Shown here one piece after another: positions 57,409 to 64,000 of a stretch of 64,000 nt of DNA (the first letter of the stretch is position 1; the number at the start of each line of letters is the position of its first letter). Source of the stretch: Eledone cirrhosa (lineage: Eukaryota); the NCBI GenBank assembly GCA_964016885.1, contig OZ024758.1, positions 3,596,001 through 3,660,000 on the forward strand, read 5' to 3'. The position numbers were made by a program, and so were the translations under genes. The notes under the pieces are model-generated. The model saw only the letters and a list, made by a program, of their open reading frames with translations. It had not been told where the DNA came from and ran no database searches.

Positions 57409-58821
57409 CAACAGTACCATATTCTAGAATACAGCTTTCTAATATATATTGCCTTACAGTTAATCAAAGTGTGTTTACATTTTGGAGGACACCCTGTATA
57501 TAAAACCAATATACCTGCCGAGATTCTCAATAACAGACAGAAAAGAGCCGGAAGTAAAAGTAAATTTGACAATACGAACAATTCTATTGAATGTAAATCG
57601 AAACAAGAAGGTGACATGAATATTTAATGTGTTGGATTCGTAAACGCTAAAATAAGAGAAATTAAGTGGTTGCGACGAACAAAACTCTAGAATAAAGAAA
57701 AAAGAAACGGTCAAGAAAATTCTAAGGTAGAACATCAGAGAAACAAATACAGGTTAGCCACTGAAAAACTTGTTCGTTTCAATCCTTTCTATTTTATTAT
57801 CTTTTTTTTTTTTTGGCAGGTGATAGAGCATACCTTGTTGATTTTTACTCATAGTACTGAAAAAATCCATTACTTAGTATACTACTAAAACTATGTAATT
57901 GCTTGCTTACTTGCTTGTCTGTAATGTAATACATCCACATGGGCGCATAATGGGAAAATACTTTGAAAAGAAGTTGACCCTGAATGGAGATACAAATGGA
58001 ATAAAACAAGTTTCGCGTAAATCGAAGCACGGGTTCCCGAGATATGGAGTTTTCTGGGTACCTTCATAAACAAAGCGAGAGAGAGAGAGCAAAAACCCCG
58101 CTGAGATATTCCATATCTTTGGAATACGAAGTCATCATAATTGGAAATAGACTGAAAGATGTATTGAATATTTTCAATTTGTTTTATTTATCTATTTTTA
58201 AGCAACCAATCTTAAGTCCTTACGTTGCTATCTATACGACCACTTATGTGTGTTTTTGAACTACTTTTTTGTTTTTTATCCATCAATGTTAAAACATTGA
58301 AATAATGATATATTTATTCACCACATTGAAATAATGAAAACTAAAATTAGACGAAATTTCATTGTTAATGATAGAAGCAGTCTACAGTAACTATGTTATA
58401 TATTATAATAAATAAAGCTAAAATGAAAATGAAAAGACAGAATTCCCTCTTTGCAACGTAAGTATTCAAAATAATGGAAAACATTTTCGGCTAGAAATAA
58501 CAATATATTTTCCTGGAATAGCATTACAACAGACTGAATGAGAAAATGCCGTCTGTGGAAAATGGGGGATAGGGTCAGACTGAAATAATATATTAATAAT
58601 GGTATCGGTGGTTCGCTGATGATTACATCTTTCATCTCAATATTATAGATGAGATATTTTATGCTTTATTTTTACGTATAGTACTTCTTTGCTTCTTGAC
58701 ACTTTTACGTTTAAACACCATAAATATCGTCAAATTATTTTCTAAGACAGACATCATGAACTACCAGTGTCAGTAGCTAGGTCAACAGTTATTGCTTTAT
58801 GTATATATGTAACCATCTGTC

Positions 58822-58868
<47 letters not shown>

Positions 58869-58871
58869 TAT

Positions 58872-59102
58872 ATATATACAGTATATATAATTATTACTTA
58901 CAGATACACGAAACTACTTTCCTCTATAAAGTTATATAATCTGTCACCTATCTATCTATTTACATAGATATATACATATATATATATATGTATATATGTA
59001 TATATATATAGGAAATAGATAGATAGGTGACAGATTATATAACTTTATAGAGGAAAGTAGTTTCGTGTATCTGTAAGTAATAATTATATATACTGTATAT
59101 AT
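58872..59102. repeat. ~90-bp inverted repeat with TA-rich spacer
   Basis: Arms 58872-58961 and 59013-59102 appear exactly complementary. Confidence 0.9.
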
Positions 59103-59403
59103 ATATATATATATATAATTTATATATATATACATATATACATATATATATATATATACACATATATATATATATACACACATATATATATATATACACA
59201 CATATATATATATATACATATATATATATGTACATATACATATATATTTATATATATATATATACATATATATATGTACATATACATATATATTTATATA
59301 TATATATATACATATATATATGTACATATACATATATATTTATATATATATATATACATATATATATGTACATATACATATATATTTATATATATATATA
59401 TGC

Positions 59404-59445
<42 letters not shown>

Positions 59446-59463
59446 GCATATATATATATATGC

Positions 59464-59501
<38 letters not shown>

Positions 59502-59519
59502 GCATATATATATATATGC

Positions 59520-59557
<38 letters not shown>

Positions 59558-59858
59558 GCATATATATAATATATATATGCATATATATATATATGTACAT
59601 ATACATATATATTTATATATATATGCATATATATATATATGTACATAAACATATATATTTATATATATATGCATATATATATATATAATATATATATATA
59701 TGTACATAAACATATATATTTATATATATATGCATATATATATAATATGTATATGTTTATATACATATATATTTATAAATATATATATGCATATATATAT
59801 GTATATGTTTATATACATATATATTTATATATATATATATATACGTATATACATATAT

Positions 59859-59910
<52 letters not shown>
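59103..59910. repeat. Interrupted (TA)n with GTACATATACAT / GCAT subunits
   Basis: Direct reading. Confidence 0.95.
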
Positions 59911-59915
<5 letters not shown>

Positions 59916-60097
59916 TGAGATTCTACAGGACTAGAGCTGTTTCATTCTTTAGAAATCATCAGGAGATTCCTGATGATTTCTAAAGAATGAAACAGTTCTA
60001 GTCCTGTAGAATCTCATCTATATTAAAACTGTTATACACTGCAATGTATTGAGTACCTTACTTACTGTGGTTACCTCCGATTCAACCCGGAATAACG
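59909..60097 (+). mobile_element. ~56-bp inverted repeat plus ~74-bp tail inserted in (TA)n (PLE-like end)
   Basis: Arms 59909-59964 and 59968-60023 with one mismatch. Confidence 0.8.
59963..60015 (+). ncRNA. Type I hammerhead ribozyme with canonical CUGAUGA core
   Basis: GAGAUUC-CUGAUGA-UUUC(UAAA)GAAU-GAAA-CAG(UUCUAGUC)CUG-UA-GAAUCUC; 7-bp stem I, 4-bp stem III, GUA triplet. Confidence 0.82.
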
Positions 60098-60144
60098 TAT
60101 ATATATATACATATACATATATATACATATACATACATATATAC

Positions 60145-60187
<43 letters not shown>

Positions 60188-60913
60188 CATACATATATAT
60201 ATATATACATATGCATATACATACATATATATGTGTACATTTTCTTATTTTGTTAGTTGTGAGGTGGGCGTGAGTAGAGACAAGTCTTCCCAAATCTTCT
60301 TTATTTGTTTATATGCCTGTGTGTGCAAACATCCAATAGATGATACTGTGGGCTTCGCGTCAAGAGTTTACTTTAGATCTATTTACTTACAAAAATACAG
60401 AGAAGATTAAATTGCATCACGTTGTAAAAACACAGTGCTTACAAAATACTGTAAGAAAAACTAAAAATCTTCATAAACATCAACAAATTTATGCTTGAAG
60501 TAACATGCTTAAAGGAATTGATTGTGAACCGTTCAGGTTTCAAATTACGTCTTCTCTAATTGTTTATTGTAAAAAGCATTTAAATGGTGTTTAAGCGAAA
60601 AATGAAGGTTGTGAAAACTGTAAAGCGAATAATAGACTGACAAATACTAAACACTCACAAATATCTATCTATATAAGTATGAACATGTGTATGTATGCGT
60701 CTCTCTCTCTCTCACACATACACACTCTTCCTCTTTCTCCTTTTCTCTCTCTCTTTCTCTCTCTCTCTATATATATGGTTGTGTATGTATACAGACACAT
60801 ACACATTATATATATATATATATATATATACACGCATACATATATATAAATAAATATATAATACTCCATTTATCTAATTCTATATCTATCTAACTTACTA
60901 CCAATCTAAAAAT

Positions 60914-60959
<46 letters not shown>

Positions 60960-60996
60960 CTCTCTCTCTATATATATATATCTATATATCTATATA

Positions 60997-61043
<47 letters not shown>

Positions 61044-61519
61044 AGAGAGAGAGAAAAGGTATATATATTACCTAAATATGTATTGCAGGCATTGTAAAAT
61101 CGTTAAGAATTTCTTTTACCAACCACAAGTTATTGTCTATACAAACAACGTGATTGAAAATGGGTCGACGGAAGTTAAAGGGAAACAACTTGGATTAGAT
61201 GAACCTGAAATTCAAAATGTCAGCTTTGTCAAACACTGAATCATGCAATTCTTACACACGAATGAATTTAGATGAGAATTGCATGAGTCGCTGCAAAACA
61301 GGGCTTACCACAAACTTCAATTATATATATATATACATATATTAAAATAATAGATTAAAGTTTAAGCAAAAAATCGGTGCTTTTAGCCTTAATGGGATTT
61401 TCGTATATTATTTGTTCTATGGTTTTGTATATCTGATATATATATATTATCCCTGTCGTGCCCTCTTCAGATTTTAGTCTTCACATTTATAATTATTACT
61501 ATATAATATTATTATATCC

Positions 61520-61768
61520 AGTCGAGGTTAACTTTACCTTTCATCCTTACGGGGTCGTTAAAATAAAGTACCAGTAATGTACTGGTTAATTGCTGGCCTT
61601 GTGCCTAAAATAGAAACAATTATTATTATTACTATATAAATGCATAGAGTTACGGCCCTTGTCATTCTGAGTTCAAATCCCGCCAAGGTTAACTTTGCCT
61701 TTCATCCTTACGGGGTCGATAAAATAAAGTACCAGTAATGTACTGGGTAATTGCTGGCCTTGTGCCAA
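61520..61768 (+). mobile_element. Two 5'-truncated SINE-A copies
   Basis: Family consensus. Confidence 0.88.
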
Positions 61769-61952
61769 TAGTATGAATCGAAGTTGTAGCTGCAATATAG
61801 CAAGTACAAGTCGTGTTGTTTGATGTCATCAAAAAGCTCTTAATGGAGTGAGATGTTAATTCTTTACCATCCAGTGTACACACAACAGTTAAAACATGAC
61901 ACCAAGAAAGACGACCGAACGCAGGGACCATACATATACGACAACTACGATG

Positions 61953-62005
<53 letters not shown>

Positions 62006-62830
62006 ATTGAAAACGTGAATGTGTTCCAGCTTGATAATTTTTATTAAGGATGTTTCATATTATCTTATTAAAGCTTTGCCTGTAACACTAGCAAATCTAA
62101 ACCCATGCTTTGAAGCCTTCCCGGCTCCATGTTCAGATTCAGAATGGTCTTCTACTGTGCTTAGCATTCTTATTAAGGCACCATATAGTTGGTACTAAAT
62201 CATCCACGTCCGATTTAAACTTTCTCAATATTTAAAGCATGATAGTTATTAGAAAGGTTTTCATGTATGATATAACATATACATATGTTAATATTTGGCT
62301 TGTATTCAGATATTCTTTGAGGTTCTATTGTCGTTCGGTTTCTTTTTTGTAGAAATATATATAATTAACGGGTTAAAATTTCAGCCTTTTCTTCTGTTTT
62401 ACACGCCTAGTATTACAATACTTCTTTGTATATACAATATACAGCTTATTTGTTAGCTATTTCTAAATTTCAATTAATGAGGTTTCTCCTGTTTGCAACT
62501 ATTTTTCACTGCATTCTCTATTTTAGTTTTCTTCTCTTTGATAACAGATCTTTTTTGTTTATGAATATTATTTTCTGTTTGAATTAGTTATATATTTGGT
62601 AGTTCTACAGTGGATATTTGAAAACACGTTTCTAGTTGAATAAAAAAAATCTACATCTGTGTATTCAAGATAAGTATAACTATTCTGAAATATATTCTGC
62701 GTGGTGGGTTCTGTTCTAGTTTTGACTTAATTGTTTTTTTACAGTCGAGGTGTTTGTTATTGATTTTAATACAACTGAGATATATTTTATATATATTGTC
62801 TGCAAATTTGTTTCATATATTGTGTGTTTC

Positions 62831-62861
<31 letters not shown>

Positions 62862-63254
62862 TTCTATTTTGCATATAAGTAGATCTAAAAGAGCACTTGA
62901 TGTGTTTTTTTTTAAAACCACAGCCAATGCTTCCAGTGTTTTTTTGCTGTACAATATGTGGCTATTGATATTCGGTAACGTTTAAAATATATGTAATTTT
63001 CAGAATTGCGTTTGTACAGTTGTTTCATTTTTTATAGATATTTTCTTTGTTCTATATGTAATCGTGGACCTACATACTTGTTTCCCTAATGCTTTAACAG
63101 TTTATGGATCCACATCGGAATCAATGATGATAAAAAGATGCGTTGATTCTGAGCAACACTATTATTAGCGGCTCTGAAGCATAAAACTCCTTTGGTTTGT
63201 ATTGAGAGCAACACTATCTAATACGAAGACAGTTAGTTTAAGAATTCTTATATA

Positions 63255-63490
63255 TGTCAAGGTGCGTGGATTGGATTTGTGGTTAGAGAGTTGGATTCGC
63301 AATTGTGGCGTTGCGAATTCTATCTTGGACTGGGTGATGCGCTGTGCCCTTGAGCAAGACACTTTATTTTAGGTTACACCTGGCAGAAGGAGCAACGTGA
63401 ATAAAGTGCCAGGGGTTGCCACCGGTAGATAGTATTAGGAATGGAAGGTCCACTAAAAACATTGTTTCCTTGGTCCGATTTGACAAGGTC
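63255..63490 (+). mobile_element. Degenerate SINE-C
   Basis: GTGCCCTTGAGCAAGACACTTTATTT and AAACATTGTTTCCTTGGTCCGATTTGAC tail. Confidence 0.65.
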
Positions 63491-64000
63491 CTCACTTCAC
63501 CTTCAGCAAGCGAATGAGGTCTGGAATCTTATTGATCGGTCAGGGTGAGCGAGGGCAGAATTCCGAAAGTTTCCTCAGTCTCTCTCTATAGGATTTAATA
63601 ATGAGCAATAATTTCAATTATTACTCAAATTCACTCAGCATACCAAATCTACATATATTCGTAGCTCCCACGTTTAATATTCTAATGACGCTAAACTCCG
63701 CCAGTTGCCGACTGAGAATAAATATGAGATATTTTTCTCCCCAAAGTTCTGTCACCAACAGCAGAGTTTAAAGAGCAAAGATCAAGTCCTGTCCATTTAA
63801 TATTAAATAAGCACAAATATAAAAACAGATCGATTAGGATTCGATCGGATGTTTACCAGTTAAATATTTTAATTGATTTCAATTGCAAAACAATTCTATA
63901 AATATAACTTAGGAAACTACTTGGTAAAAAGACAATGAACCACTCCTAAAAGCAATTTAATCTAGATACACAAAACTAAAATTTTCGACAAATGAATAAA

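Noticed and set aside
57790-57900. Strong + strand splice acceptor (T)n-GGCAG
   Set aside because: Followed by a short unrecognisable frame; insufficient evidence

Overview
AT-rich eukaryotic intronic/intergenic DNA, most likely from a coleoid cephalopod (octopus-like; inferred from the SINE families and the extreme (TA)n load). I see no intact protein-coding gene; nearly all listed ORFs are microsatellite artefacts. The window holds ~18 copies of a tRNA-derived SINE, several CORE-like SINEs, RTE, Tx1-like and Penelope (GIY-YIG) retroelement fragments, Tc1/mariner-type MITEs, a 2-kb compound VNTR and possibly a very decayed protocadherin. The most notable signal is at least five unrelated families of type I hammerhead ribozymes at the ends of short (TA)n-associated Penelope-like inserts. 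Some carry a compensatory U3-A8 core. Many inserts share one architecture, a short inverted arm plus a longer arm with a unique tail, and some breakpoints fall at the predicted cleavage site. All ribozyme folds and homologies were read by eye, and coordinates are approximate.
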